The notes: generated by a model not told the origin, from the letters alone. A DNA stretch of 64,000 nucleotides from Piromyces finnis finn (GCA_002104945.1 MCFH01000063.1:1-64000), one strand, 5' to 3'. Numbered from the stretch's first letter, positions 1 to 13,159 are shown. Numbers and translations are program-made.

Positions 1-761
1 TTTTTGGTACACCACATTCAGAAAAATGCAATAAATCCATATTTGGTAAATGAAATAACCCTTATAATATATATGGATTTAAATATTTTTATTTAAGAAA
101 TTTATATAACGATAGTAATAATAAGAATAGTAAATTAAATTAAATTAAAAACTTATAAATAATTTATTAAAGTAAAATAAACTTTTTATAATTTAATATA
201 AGGATGATAAAAATATAATTATATAAGGAAGAGAAAGACGCGTATATATATGTAAAAAAAAAAAAAAGGAAGAGTTTTTAGTTTTTAGTTAGTTTTTAGT
301 TAGTTGATATTAATTATATTATAAATAAAATAAAGATAAGGTGATAATAATAGAAGAATAAATAATATTATTGTTAGATTTAGTGAAGGAATTAATAATA
401 ATATTAGTTTATTTTCTAAGATTATACCTATTTTTAAAAACAAATAATAATATAAAATAATAATAAATAATACTTATAAATAATAAAACTTGTAATAAAA
501 ATAATAAAATAATAAATAAAATAATAAAATAATAAATAAAATAATAAAATAATAAATAAAATAATAAAATAATATATAATAAAAATATTCATCTAGAATA
601 TAAATTTGTTATTTATAACTGTTGTAGTGTCCCAAACAATAAAGAAAAAGGTACTTATAATAAAATTCTGTACCATTTTTGATACGCTCGAATTATAAAA
701 ATACAAGAACATAAGAATTCCACAATTTAACCCTTTACTTTTCTAAATAATAATAAATAAT

Positions 762-801
762 TTATAATTATTTATAATTATTTATAATTATTATAATTTA
801 T

Positions 802-882
<81 letters not shown>

Positions 883-883
883 T
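762..883. repeat. (TTTATAATTA)n followed by (TTTA)n microsatellite; probable (TAAA)n tail of the adjacent LINE relic
   Basis: Direct reading. The array abuts the 3' end of the minus-strand LINE-like relic. Confidence 0.8.
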
Positions 884-885
884 TA

Positions 886-1270
886 TTTTGTCCTTTAACG
901 CTAGGATCAATAAGTTCAATTCTACAAGATTTAGTAAAAGTACACGGCTCTCTGAGAAACCGAACCTGACCCCCTCTAAAAGCTGTATACTTTTACTAAA
1001 CCATCTGTTTTGTGGATTTCTTCCGTATTGGCGTTCTTGGTTATTGTTTTAAACCATGGTTGATTAATAATTTTTAGAAATTTTTCAGTGATCCTTACCC
1101 TATATCCCAGGTTACATTTGACATTCATGTAAAGTTCTTTCCATATTCCCTTGAAGTATTATTATTGTAAAAACCTCCCCAAAGAAAGAATTTAAATATT
1201 TTTCTTTTTTACTTATACTATTAGAATAATTATTTATCCATCTTTAATATGTATTGGATTGTTAGAATTC
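886..1270 (-). mobile_element. Diverged 3' fragment of a LINE related to the element at 26-32 kb
   Basis: 1132-1200 (aaagttctttccatattcccttgaa...cctccccaaagaaagaatttaaatatt) aligns with 26768-26840. Broken translation IFKFFLWGG..NNNTSRE matches KIFKFLLGGRSFNNINYNSRE, and QPWFKTITKNANTEE resembles QQWSMFKRFEATSKSVNAEE. Confidence 0.65.
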
Positions 1271-1563
1271 TTATAAACTATTTAAACTATAAAAATTATT
1301 CAAAACCAACAGAATGATCATCCTCATTATTACAAACATAATTATCTTTTTTTTTTTAATAGAATTATTGATGGCATCACTACTGCCATTATTGTTACTC
1401 TTGATATTCCAATGATTGTTACCACCATTGCTATTTTCTAACCAACGATAGCCATTCCCCATAAATAACTTTTTTATTATTTTTTATCTTTTTTTTATTT
1501 TTTTATTTTTTTAAGAAAAAAAAAACTTTATAAAATATATGATAATTTTCTATATAATGTATG

Positions 1564-1595
<32 letters not shown>

Positions 1596-2133
1596 CATTC
1601 TAAAATCTTTCCTTTTTTTTTTTTTTTTTTCATTCTAAAATCTTTCCTTTTTTTTTTTTTTTTTTTCTATCATTTCTAAACTTTTTGATTATATATATAT
1701 ATATCTTTTTTTTTTTTCTTCTTCTTTAATTAATAAATATTTATAAATATTATTAATTATACTATTATCTTATTCATAATTATTATAATAATATTATTAT
1801 TTAAATATATATACATATAATTAAAAATGAATAATATAGAAAATGTCTATATAGATAATAGAATTTTTTTTAAAAAAAAAAAAAAAAAAATATTACCTCT
1901 TATTTTTTCTTTAAAAAAAAGAAGTAATATGGATTATTCTATTTAGTATATAAATAAAATAGTTCCATTTGCCTTATTAGTTATTTAAGACAAATATATA
2001 TAAAATGATAAGGATAAGAATAATGATATATATGATTGAGTCATTGACAACACTATTACTGATTTAATTCAGTTTGGTTGTTTGACTTTTTTTAATTATT
2101 TAAAAAAAATTTTTTTTAATGTATTTTAATGGA

Positions 2134-5100
2134 TTAAATTAATAATTCCTTTTTAATTTGCATAATAAGTTTTTGATTAGACATTTGATTTTCTATAGTT
2201 TTGAATATTCCATTTCCAGTACCCTTAAATTTTTGTGGAAGATATGGATCTGAAATGGAACGATTACGATTTCTTCTTGTCTTTTTAGTTTGCATTTCCT
2301 CATGATAAGAGGTTGGATTATCAACATTAATACTAGAAATTAGTTCTTTTAAAAAAACATGATCTGGGTCACGAAGAGGAAAAGCTCTTGATTTAACCTG
2401 ATCATAAAAAGTAGCATAAATAATAATTTGAGAAATAGTTTCTTCTTTATACTTTAAAAGTTTCCAAAAATTTAAAGCAAGACTATTCGATGTATTTATC
2501 CAACGATGAGTGATGGATTGAGCACGTTGAGGAAATCCTGCAATAAAATAATTACAAAAGATTTGAAGCATATGATAGAGTTGAGCTGGATGTACGAAAT
2601 AAGGTGTACTGGTTTTTGGAGATTGAGATCCTGTATCAGATGATTTTGGAGATGAAGAATTATTCTTTCTAGTTTCAGAATCATTATCATTTTCAGATTT
2701 CTTGGTTGTAGAAGAACCTTCTTCTTCCCCGACAATTTGAATTTCTTCTTTTAATTTACTGTCTTCTTCTTGTTTTTTAAGATTTTTCTTCAAGGAAGAA
2801 TTGGATGACTTACTAGTAAGGAAGGAAAGACGAAATTGTTGTTTCTTTTCTTTAAGGTCATCTGGCATTTCAATATCATCTTTTACTTTTTCTTCTTCAG
2901 TTTTATTTTCTTTTTCTTTATTTATTTCAGAGGTTGATTTATTTTCTTCATCCTTTTCTTCATCAATACTAGTAAGAACAAGGTCATTCTTTAATGGTGT
3001 ACATTTAAGACTACTATTAATGCTTCCGATAGATTTTCTAGCTTGAACTTTATGATTAAGAAGGTCACTTTCCAAACCATCAATGACGGAAGAATCTGTA
3101 ATAACAGTAGAAATATGACCTGGTTCTTCTAACTGAGAATCCATTTCTGATTTATTGATTGAATATTTTTCAAGAAAACTAGCCTCTCTTTCTTCAAATT
3201 TTGGAATACCTTCTATACCTGGTACATCTAAAAATCCCAAGGTTTCTACAGATTTTATAGAAGTACTTTTTGCATATATAGCACCTTCTTGAGTTAAATT
3301 ATTATTACTAAAAAGAGAAAAATGAGGACTATTATTTGCTAATATTGGTGAGGTTTTAGAAATAACTTCATTATCAGCATATCTATCTAAAATGTCACTA
3401 AAATCATAGAGATTTTCATCATCATTCATTATACTTGTATTTAAACTAGTAAATGAAGTATTTAGTGCTTGTAATTGCATTTGAGGAGATTGAGCTGGAT
3501 AATGCATTTGACTAAACGATTGATTAGGTGATGGATATTGAGTTAAAGGTGGACTTATTGGTGAGCGTATAGAAGGACTGATGGGTTCTTCGTAAACCAC
3601 AGGATTATTCATTTTTGGAGAAACAATATCCTCTATATAATTATTATTAATTGAAGGAATAGCTGGTAAACTTTCTTCAAAAGGTAAAAATTCCGGAGAA
3701 ATAATATTTCTATAACCACTAGAAGGACTCATTTTGAATATGTTATTTTGTGATTGATAGGCTAACGCACTCATAGAATGAGCCCTACTTCTACGTTTGC
3801 TTCCATTTCTACTATCTCTTTCTTCATCAAAGAAAGCCATGGAATTAAAAGTGTCAGAAGTTTGATTTGATTGAATGAAAGGTGCTAATTTTTGAGATTG
3901 CGTAAAAGAATTGTTTGAAACCATAGATGGACTCTTGGATACAAAATTTCTTGAGGATGAAACATTAGAAGGATTAGATATAAAAGAATAATTTTCTGAA
4001 TGTTCATTTTGTTGAGATTGGGATCTTTTAGGAAAAGACATTCTTTTTTGAGAAGAAGGTGATAATGAAGCTGTTCTAGTAGGATATTCCATAAACTTGT
4101 GTGGCAATGGATAGTTTACAACCTTTGGTACTTCATCACGACTTAGCGAAGTTATATTAAAATCATCTTCCAATTTACTTAAACTTAAAGGACTAATACG
4201 ACTAAAGTTAGAAAAAGATTCTGTAGGACTTACTAATTCCTGTTCAATTGTACTATTATAATTATTTGTAGCCACTTTTAGAGATTTTCTTTTAATTTTT
4301 CTTAAATTTGACTTCTTTGGGTGTTTAATAGTAATAACATTTGCATTTGCTGGTGGAGTAAATTTTTTATAAGACATGCTAACATTATCATTATAATACA
4401 TTGGAGGTGAGAGTGTTGGTGAAATTAATGGTGATAATATAGGTGAAATTAATGGCGAGGTTTTAGGAGGTGTAGTACCTGATAAAATTTTAGGTGAAAC
4501 ATTAATTGCACCTGAAATACCTTTTACGGGAACTTGTTTTGATGAAACACATGGAGTAAATTTTGATGGTACGCCTGATATTAACCTGGGAGAAACATTT
4601 GATGATAAAGAAGAAATGTTACCATTTAGCTTTGGTATTGTTGAAATTACTCTTCTTGGTTTGAATAATTTTTCAGAAGAAATACTTTCTCTCTCATCTT
4701 CATAACCTTGACCTATTTCTGTTTTTAAACTATTCTTACTGTACTGACCAGAGCGACTACGACGATGATATGAAAAGGTAGGTACACCTCTTGAGATTTG
4801 TGGGTCAGATTCATTGATATCTGCTTTTTTTAATTCTTTATATAAACATACTAATTCATCAATTAACTCATTTGGGATGACAATATCATTACTTGTAAGT
4901 TCTTGACCTAAATATATCGCAAAATATATATATATATAATATTTGAGTTAACTTTATTCATTAGAATTTAATCTTTTATTTGATATTATTTTTATTTATT
5001 AGAATTTAATCTTTTATTTGATGTTATTTTTATTTATTAGAATTTAATCTTTTATTTGATGTCATTTTTATTTATTAGAATTTAATCTATTATATTATTT

Positions 5101-5674
5101 ATTTTCCTATTTCTTTGAAATTTTTAGATAACAGTGTCACTATTTTCCTTTTTAAAAGTTTATTTTTTTTTAGAAAACTATCACAATAAAATACTTTGAG
5201 ATAGTCAATCTAATACTAATTATACTATATTATTTTTTCATTTCCTTCTCAACTATTTTAACCCCTCTCTCTTTCTTTTTGTAAACATTTTTCTTTCTAT
5301 ATACTTTAAAATATAACAATATTAAATAATAATTTACCTGTTGCAATTTTTTTTTCTTGAATTTGTCGAATTTCCTTATTTGTTTCTAAATATATTTTTA
5401 AGAGATGTTTTGTAAGCTTACGGAAGTAATGTATATTAAAATTAGCAAGGTTAAGTTCTTTTAGTATTTCCTTAAAATGTGCATAAAAAGGCATACTTTC
5501 AATTTTTAAATTTTGAAAGGCTTCATCTTTATGGAAATTATCATCTAATTCATATAAAGCACATATAACTGGAAAAATTTCTTGCCAACTTAAAGAAGAG
5601 GATTCAATAGCATTTTTCCAAGCTATAATTACCTTTCTTGATATAAATTTTACCTTGAATTTATCTTCGTACAT
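2134..5674 (-). CDS. Hypothetical ~1036-aa Ser/Pro-rich protein, 2 exons: complement(join(2134..4907,5338..5674))
   Basis: The frame of the 755-aa ORF stays open upstream to a TAG acceptor at 4908-4909. The ACAG|GTAAAT donor at 5337 is phase-compatible (G+GT=Gly). No family recognised. Confidence 0.75.
4961..5088. repeat. ~38-bp AT-rich minisatellite (about 3.5 copies) inside the intron
   Basis: ttagaatttaatcttttatttgatRtYatttttattta repeated in tandem. Confidence 0.8.
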
Positions 5675-7503
5675 TTTTATTTTTATTGGTTTCTTTTTAA
5701 TGTATTTTTTCTTGAATTTTCTTTTATAAATAAAAATATATTTGTTTTCTTTTAAAAAAAAAAGATTGACTTATTCTATCAAAAAATAATAGGTATTTTC
5801 TATTTTTAATTGAAATGTTTAAAAAAAATATTATTTAAATGTATTATTGTCATACTATTAATAATTGTAATTATAAAGCTTATTAGAATTTTATTTATTT
5901 ATTTATTTATTTTTAAAAACTATAAGCTTTTTATTTTTATATATATTTTTTTAATTATTACTTTAATCGTATTGTTTTTCCTAATTTTTTTTTTTTTTAA
6001 GTAATAATTATTTATTTATTTTTAAAATCAGTCTAATAGTATTTAAACTCAAAGTACTAAATATCATGAGTATTTTGTTTTTTAATTTTATTTTATTTTA
6101 TTTTATTTTATTTTATTTATTTTTTTTTTTTTTTTTTTTTGACTTTTTTTAATAGTAATGCTATTTTTTTGATTTCATAATACTATGAATTTATGAATTT
6201 TAATTATAATAATAAAATGTTCAATACAATTTTCTTATTTGTATTCTATAGTATTATTGTTGATTTTTACCATTATTTTTTCGTATTGCTTTTTTTAAAA
6301 AAGAAGCAATAATCCTATTGTTTTTTCTTCTTTTTTTTACAAAAAAAAAAAACAAACTAGGATAACTAAATTTTGGAAGCTAAGCTAATAATGAATACAA
6401 AAATAAATTTTCTATTTTCCTAGAAAGAAAAAAAAAAAAGAAGGTCACTTGGAACATTTTCAAAGTTTAAATATAAAAAAGAAAATCTAAAATAAATTAA
6501 AAATTAAATTAAAAAAAAAAAAAAAATACATCCTCACAACAATACTATTGATTTATTTAATATATAATAAATTAATTCATTTATATTATATAATTATTTA
6601 TTAATTATTACTATTACATTCATTTAAATTTAATAGAAAAATGGATTTATTTATTATCTATAATTTAATATTTCCACAATTTATTTATTATTCTATTCAT
6701 GGATAACAATTTATTGGTAATATATTATATCAATTTATTGTCAATATATTAGAATTATGTCTGATTATTTTGATAATAAATGGATATTAAAATTGTTTTT
6801 TACTATTATTTGATTTTTACATATATTATAGTGTAGTACAATATGTTATTATCATATATTATTAATTGGTAAATCTTAATATTAGCCAAAGTTTGGAATT
6901 TTAATTATAATTTTATTTTTATATTAAATTGATTTCAATTAATTAATTAATTCATGTTTCAAATTAATTTATTTTTTTCCATATATAATTATATTCTAAA
7001 TAAGAATAATACATTAGCATCATATATTACTAATTTATTTTATATAGTAGTACAAAATATATTCTAAAAAAAAGTTTTAAAAATTAAATACAGAAATCTT
7101 AAAATTTATAGAATGACTTTCTTTTATATAAAAATCCTATGTTATAGTATCGAATCGAATTGATATGGTATACATATATAGTTAGAGTGTAGATACATAT
7201 CTACATTCTAACTATAATACATATAATAAATGATGATTTAATGAGTACTTATTATATGAGGTTATTTTTACTTTAGCTTCATTTAACCTGGTTTAATTAT
7301 CCTTTTACTATTATTCTTTTTCTCCTTATTACATAGATAATATTATCTGTAGGATAATTTATTATTATTAACGTGTAACTTGATAAAATTATGACTTTTA
7401 AGTATTATAAAGATTAACACAAATGATTGTAACACAAAATCATGTTTTTTTTATATTATTATTATTATAATATATCAATAATCATCATAATAGTAACAGT
7501 TAC

Positions 7504-7743
7504 AGTAATCGGTCGGTAATAGTAATAGTAATAGTAATCGGTAATAGTAATAGTAATAGTAATAGTAATAGTAATAGTAATAGTAATAGTAATAGTAATA
7601 GTAATAGTAATAGTAATAGTAATAGTAATAGTAATAGTAATAGTAATCGGTAATAGTAATAGTAATAGTAATAGTAATAGTAATAGTAATAGTAATAGTA
7701 ATAGTAATAGTAATAGTAATAGTAATAGTAATAGTAATAGTAA
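7504..7743. repeat. (AGTAAT)n hexanucleotide array with CGGT interruptions
   Basis: Direct reading, about 40 units. Confidence 0.95.
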
Positions 7744-10196
7744 TAATTTATTTATTTATTTTTTAAAGTAACAACATTTTTTTATTTTACTATTATGATT
7801 ATTATTATTATAAGCTAAGCAATTAATATCCTAATATTATGTATTATTATTATTTTCCCATTGGAATTAATAAATAATAGTATTATAATCACCTCTAAAA
7901 ATTACCAATATTAACTATTAAAATGGGAAAATAGTATAAAAAATTATGATTTGCATTTTAAAAATAACTTTAAAAAAAGTAAAGCTCATCAGAATAATAA
8001 AAATAAACTTTTGATCTTTAGAATTGAAGTTACACTTTTTTAGTTTTAAAATGTATGTCTATGCCTTGCGCACTTTTCTTAGTGACCATTAAATTAAAAT
8101 AATTAAATTGAATAGAAATCTACTATTTAAAACTATATATAAAATAATACTTTATATTTCTATGTACACCTTTTCTTTTTATACTCCATAGTCATTTTAA
8201 GCATAGAAACAATAATAATTATTGAAATGAAAGAAGGGCTAAATTATAAAAATCAGCCTTGAATAATTATAATACAAATTTATGTACATATATTAACTAT
8301 ATTAAATATATTATGTATTATATTCCATATTTCAATAGAATCTAAAATAATAGTAATTATATAGTATTACTATAAAATTAATATATTTAATAATATTATA
8401 ATTCATCATCATATATTATTTTGGTTACATATTACAAAACATTCCTTTTTAATATAATAGATATATTATAATATATTATTATATATTACTATTTAATATA
8501 TATTTAATTTATTCCATATGGTCAATTTAATTAGAAAGTCGGAAGTATATGGACATACAAAAAAATAAAGTATTCACTAGGCATTATTTTTTTACTATTT
8601 ACTATGAGCTTTTCCTTTTATTAGTATTAAACTTTTTATAATTTATAATGTGTCTTTTTTTTTATTTTGTGGTTGTTGTTGATAAATGAAATTGTTTTTT
8701 TATTACCATGCCAATTTAGTTATTCTCTTTTTTTTTTTTATTCTTTTTTTTATAGAAATTAGGATTAAATATTAATAAAATATTAATATTTTTAGTATTC
8801 TTATTTATCATCATAATAATAAATCTTTTATAGAATAAAGAATAATAAAGAATAATACGATTTCATTAATAATGAATACTATTCTATTCATCATGAATAC
8901 GATTTCATTAATCTATTATATAATTATTCTTTTTTCTTTTATTTTATTATTATAGTAATTTGAATAGCTTCGCTTCTTTTTTTCTTTATTATATTAAATT
9001 AAAAGAATGATGACCATGAAAAAAGAATATAAATTTTAAATTATTTTAATTAATTTTATATTAAAATTTTAATAAAAAGAATTTTGACCTTTTTTTAAAT
9101 TCATATGAAAAAGTTAAGCTTTTTTCATTCCTTCAATCTAATTTAATAAGGAAAAAAAGCTGTTCCCTTTATTATTATTTCATAGTTCATTGTATGGAAA
9201 AAAGAATTTTTTAGGTTTATTTTTATATTTTATTACTACAGCATAGCCCTAGTAGTTTATTAAAAAAAAAAATCCCTTATATTTTCAACATGTATGTTTT
9301 ATAGAAATGAAAAAAAGGGTGAAAACTAATTATTTATACATCGATTTAATATATAATTAATTTATGATTATATTTATTTATTTAAATAGCATTATATATT
9401 AAAATTTAATTGTATTTTGATAATTATTTAAATTGTGCTAAAAAGGAAATATTCATTTATAAAGTTTTTTTATCATATTAAAATTTCTATAAATGGATAT
9501 AAATAAATTAAAAGATATTTTTTCAGCCCTAATAAAAATAATATATTAATCTCATAAATTATAATGTAATGTAATATATAGAAAATAGTTTCCATTTTTA
9601 GAAAAAAAGAATTTTCTATAAGATGATGAAACAAATCAAAAAATGAAAATAAATTGAAAATAAAACAAAAAGGGATGATAATAAAAAGAAACGGAAAAAT
9701 TTTATTTCTATTAATCTTTTGATATAAAATAATATATTATAGTTTATTCCAATATATTATATATAAAATTGGTATTGAAACGTTTTGTTACACCTCAGAC
9801 TTATGGAGTCTAATAACAAAAGGTTAAAAAGACTTTTCCATCATCAATTATCACTTACTAATTACATCTTTAAACGAAAGAAAGAAAGAAAGAAAGAAAG
9901 AAATAACTTAACTATAAAAAAAAGAAAGAAAAAAATTATATACATCAATATATAAATATAAAAAAAAAAAGAATTATATTAGTATGATAAATGTATCAAT
10001 CGATAATTAATAATGTTTTAGTTATGTTTTATTTTTCTTTATTATTTGTAACTATATAAAGATTGGCGTAAAAAAACTGGTCTGGCCAAATTTTGATAGA
10101 AAATAATATTTAAAACTTTTTTTTTTTTTTTTTTATGTTTCAAATTATTAAAATTTTATTTTATGGCGTATTTCATTTCATGAAAATATATATATA

Positions 10197-10230
<34 letters not shown>

Positions 10231-10677
10231 TTTATTAAAACCTTTTTATTATTTTTTTTCAATTCTTTCTTTAAATTATCTAATAGTGTCAAAAGAAGAA
10301 AAAGAAAAAAAAAAAAAAAAGTTCACTTTTAAATGTATTGAAATATATAAAATATATATATATGGATATATGGATAAGACATTATTATTAAAGAAAGGTA
10401 GAAATAGTAAAGAATTCATTTTTATTTTTAAATTTTTTTTTCTTAAGAACTAAACGGCTTCTTTTTAGTTTTTAAAAGCCGCTTATTTCCTTTAGTAAAT
10501 ATTTAAATTTATTGGATAAAAAGAAATAAATAATTAAAAAGAAAAAACGGCCTATTTTTTAATTCTATAAATTTTTAAAGTGGGTTTTTTTATAATTATT
10601 AGTAAGCATCATTTTATTTAATATTATAAATAACAATTGTATTTTGAGAGGAAAAAAAGAATTAATGAATGAAAAGA

Positions 10678-10771
10678 TTTTTTTTATTAACTTCTGAGTG
10701 CATTTCTTCATCAACCAGAGTAAGTCCAAATGGTAATTCTTAAAGAAATGTTAGCTCTTTCTTATTGCTTG
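10678..10771 (-). mobile_element. 5'-truncated SINE copy (3' ~85 nt plus A-tail) with ~10-bp TSD
   Basis: The minus strand AGCAATAAGAAAGAGCTAACATTTCTTTAAGAATTACCATTTGGACTTACTCTGGTTGATGAAGAAATGCACTCAGAAGTTAATAAAAAAAA aligns with the 3' end of the 12.4-12.95 kb element. It is flanked by TGAATGAAAA at 10666-10675 and 10770-10779. Confidence 0.8.
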
Positions 10772-12389
10772 AATGAAAAAGTATCCATAAAATACTAATA
10801 ATAATATTTAGTAAACAAAAAATTAAAATATAAAAGGTTAGGTTAAATTAAATAATTTAATTTTATAAACTTGATACTATTTTTTTAAAAAAAAGAAAAT
10901 GCGTTTTTTAATAGATTAAAAATTTGATGCTATTTTAAGTATGAATATAAATATTAGTATTATCATTGTCATTATTGTTATTGCTTTTTAAAAATATAAA
11001 TATGAATATTTTTATTTCTGTTGTTTTAAAATATACAAAACTTGTTATAAAATAAAGATGAATCAATGTGTACAATTTGATAATGTTAAAAAAAGCATTC
11101 AAGTATTTTGTGCTTGTTTTCGAATATATATAAAAATAAAAAGTCTTTAGTTATTAACATTTAAGAATATAATATATCTTTGGTAATTAATAATGATATA
11201 TATTGACAATAATAATAATAATAATAATAATATAAAAAAACCTTTATCTTAATTAGTTAATTTCAACAATAATAATCTAATCCTTAACAAGTTTAAAATT
11301 TAAATTTTTAAATAAAATGAAAATATTTTTTGGTTAAGTATGTATTATTATAAAAAATATAATAATTATAAAAATAAAAATTTTAATATTTTTAAGTAAA
11401 AAAAAAAAAAAAAACTTTTATAAAGGAAGTGTTTATTTTATAAATGTTATTGTTATTATAATAGATGAATAATAAATAGGTTATTCTTAATAAATAAAAA
11501 AATATAAAATTTTAATTATAAAGTTTTTATTTTTTAAATTATTCTACATAATAGATTACCTCAATTTGTATTTTATATAAAAAAAATTTAAACTTTTGGA
11601 TAGTAACAAGTTATTTTAATTGTAGCTATAAAATAAAATAATAATAAAAAAAAGATAATCTAATATAATTTATGAAAAACATCAACATTTTAACATTAAA
11701 TATATTAATGAATGGAGTATTTTAAAATAAATGATAATGGTTGTTTTAGTGTTATATTTTTCTTTCTCTTTTAGTCTTTTAGTATTTATATATTATATAT
11801 TTAAATATGGAATAATTTTAATAATCTAATAAATAAAATATTTTCAGCTAAATTACCATTATATATACTATTATTATATATAATATTATATATAATAGTG
11901 TTGTTTTAGTAAAAAATTATAGTAATAATTATATTACTATTCTAATATTATAATAATTATTCAATTTTGTAATTGATAATTATTATGAATTTTCATGATC
12001 TATCATTCTACTGTTTATTTGATTTATATTTATATACACATATAACATATATGACATTATATAACATATATAGTCATTTCTTTTTATGTTCATTATTTTT
12101 ATAATAATTTTTATTTATATTCATATTATTCCAGTAATCTATTATTATATATTTTAAAATGAATTATTTTTTTTCAATATTCTCCTGCATTCTAGTATAG
12201 TGATGTTTATACTTTCTATACTAATAATAGTTAAAGGAAAAAAGTAAGGAATAAAAAATAAATTCGTTTTGAAACTGAAGTGCAATATCATTTTTTATAT
12301 CCTTTTCACCATAAAGTTCTTTTTTTTTTAACTTGGCTTTATTCTATCTACCTTTACTGTTTTTTTTAATTTCAGCTACCTTTTAGTTA

Positions 12390-12953
12390 TTTCAGTCGTT
12401 CCAGTTTTTATCCTGGTTGTTAAGGCGTTTCCTTAGCATACATAAGGCTTCTGGTTCGACCCCGCAGATGTCAGTGCCTGTGGATTTTCCCACTGGGTTT
12501 GCCATGGGTTGGGTTATGATATTCAGGTAAGTATAAATGAACTTTCTAATTTACTACTATGATAATAACACTCGTCTAGCCGGCCTGAGAGGGTCTAGTG
12601 TACATGGTACATTCCAAATTAGAACTTAATAAGTGGTGACTTAGGCTATGCCAAAAACACATAATATTCCTTAATCAATTTAAGTGTAAACATTAGGGGG
12701 CGGTTGACACGTGATCAAATTGACTATAAGAGGCTTATCATTGTAGTTGTGAAATATCGTACAACGACATGCATCTAATGTACATGGATTAAGTGAGCGT
12801 CGAAGCTGAAGAAACAGTATGACAGACCAGGAGGGTCACAACCACCTAGCAATAGGAATGAGCCAACGTTTCTCTAAGAACCACCATTGGAGCTAACTCT
12901 GATCGATGGGAGAAATGCACTCGGAAGTTAAAAAAAAAAAAAAAAAAAAAAAA
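12390..12953 (+). mobile_element. Putative tRNA-derived SINE (~560 bp)
   Basis: GC-rich island in ~85% AT DNA. It has a B-box GGTTCGACCCC at 12453-12463, a D-loop-like TGGTTGTTAAGGCG upstream, a 24-nt poly(A) at 12930-12953 and a second 3' copy at 10.7 kb. The 5' boundary is approximate and no TSD was found. Confidence 0.7.
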
Positions 12954-13159
12954 TCAAACAATAGCTTTATGAAAATTAAAAATGTTGAATTTTATAATTT
13001 TTTTTAAAAGGTAAGAAAAAAAAAAAAGGACTTTTAATCTTAAAAAAATTATTTTATAAAAATCATACTTTTTAATTACTTTTTTTTTTATTTTGTTAAA
13101 TAAAAGTAAGCCAACTTTAGGAATAATTTATTAACCGATTTATATTGTAATTAAAAAAA

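Noticed and set aside
727-740. TTAACCCTTT as a piggyBac-like terminus
   Set aside because: No matching opposite terminus or transposase in the window.
5810-10332. Short K/F/I-rich ORFs here and at 21393, 22101, 35267, 41912 and 59392
   Set aside because: They are products of homopolymer and AT-rich intergenic sequence, with no motifs or splice support.
12320-12334. T10-AACTT mirroring AAGTT-A24 as terminal inverted repeats (MITE)
   Set aside because: Only 5 informative bases next to homopolymers. The truncated, A-tailed, TSD-flanked second copy argues for retroposition.
12390-12475. Functional tRNA gene
   Set aside because: The B-box is present but no clean acceptor or anticodon stems can be formed, and the sequence continues into a poly(A)-tailed repeat body.
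12805-12920. CTGAAGA in the SINE body as a hammerhead core
   Set aside because: No stem II closed by GAAA and no matching stems I/III.
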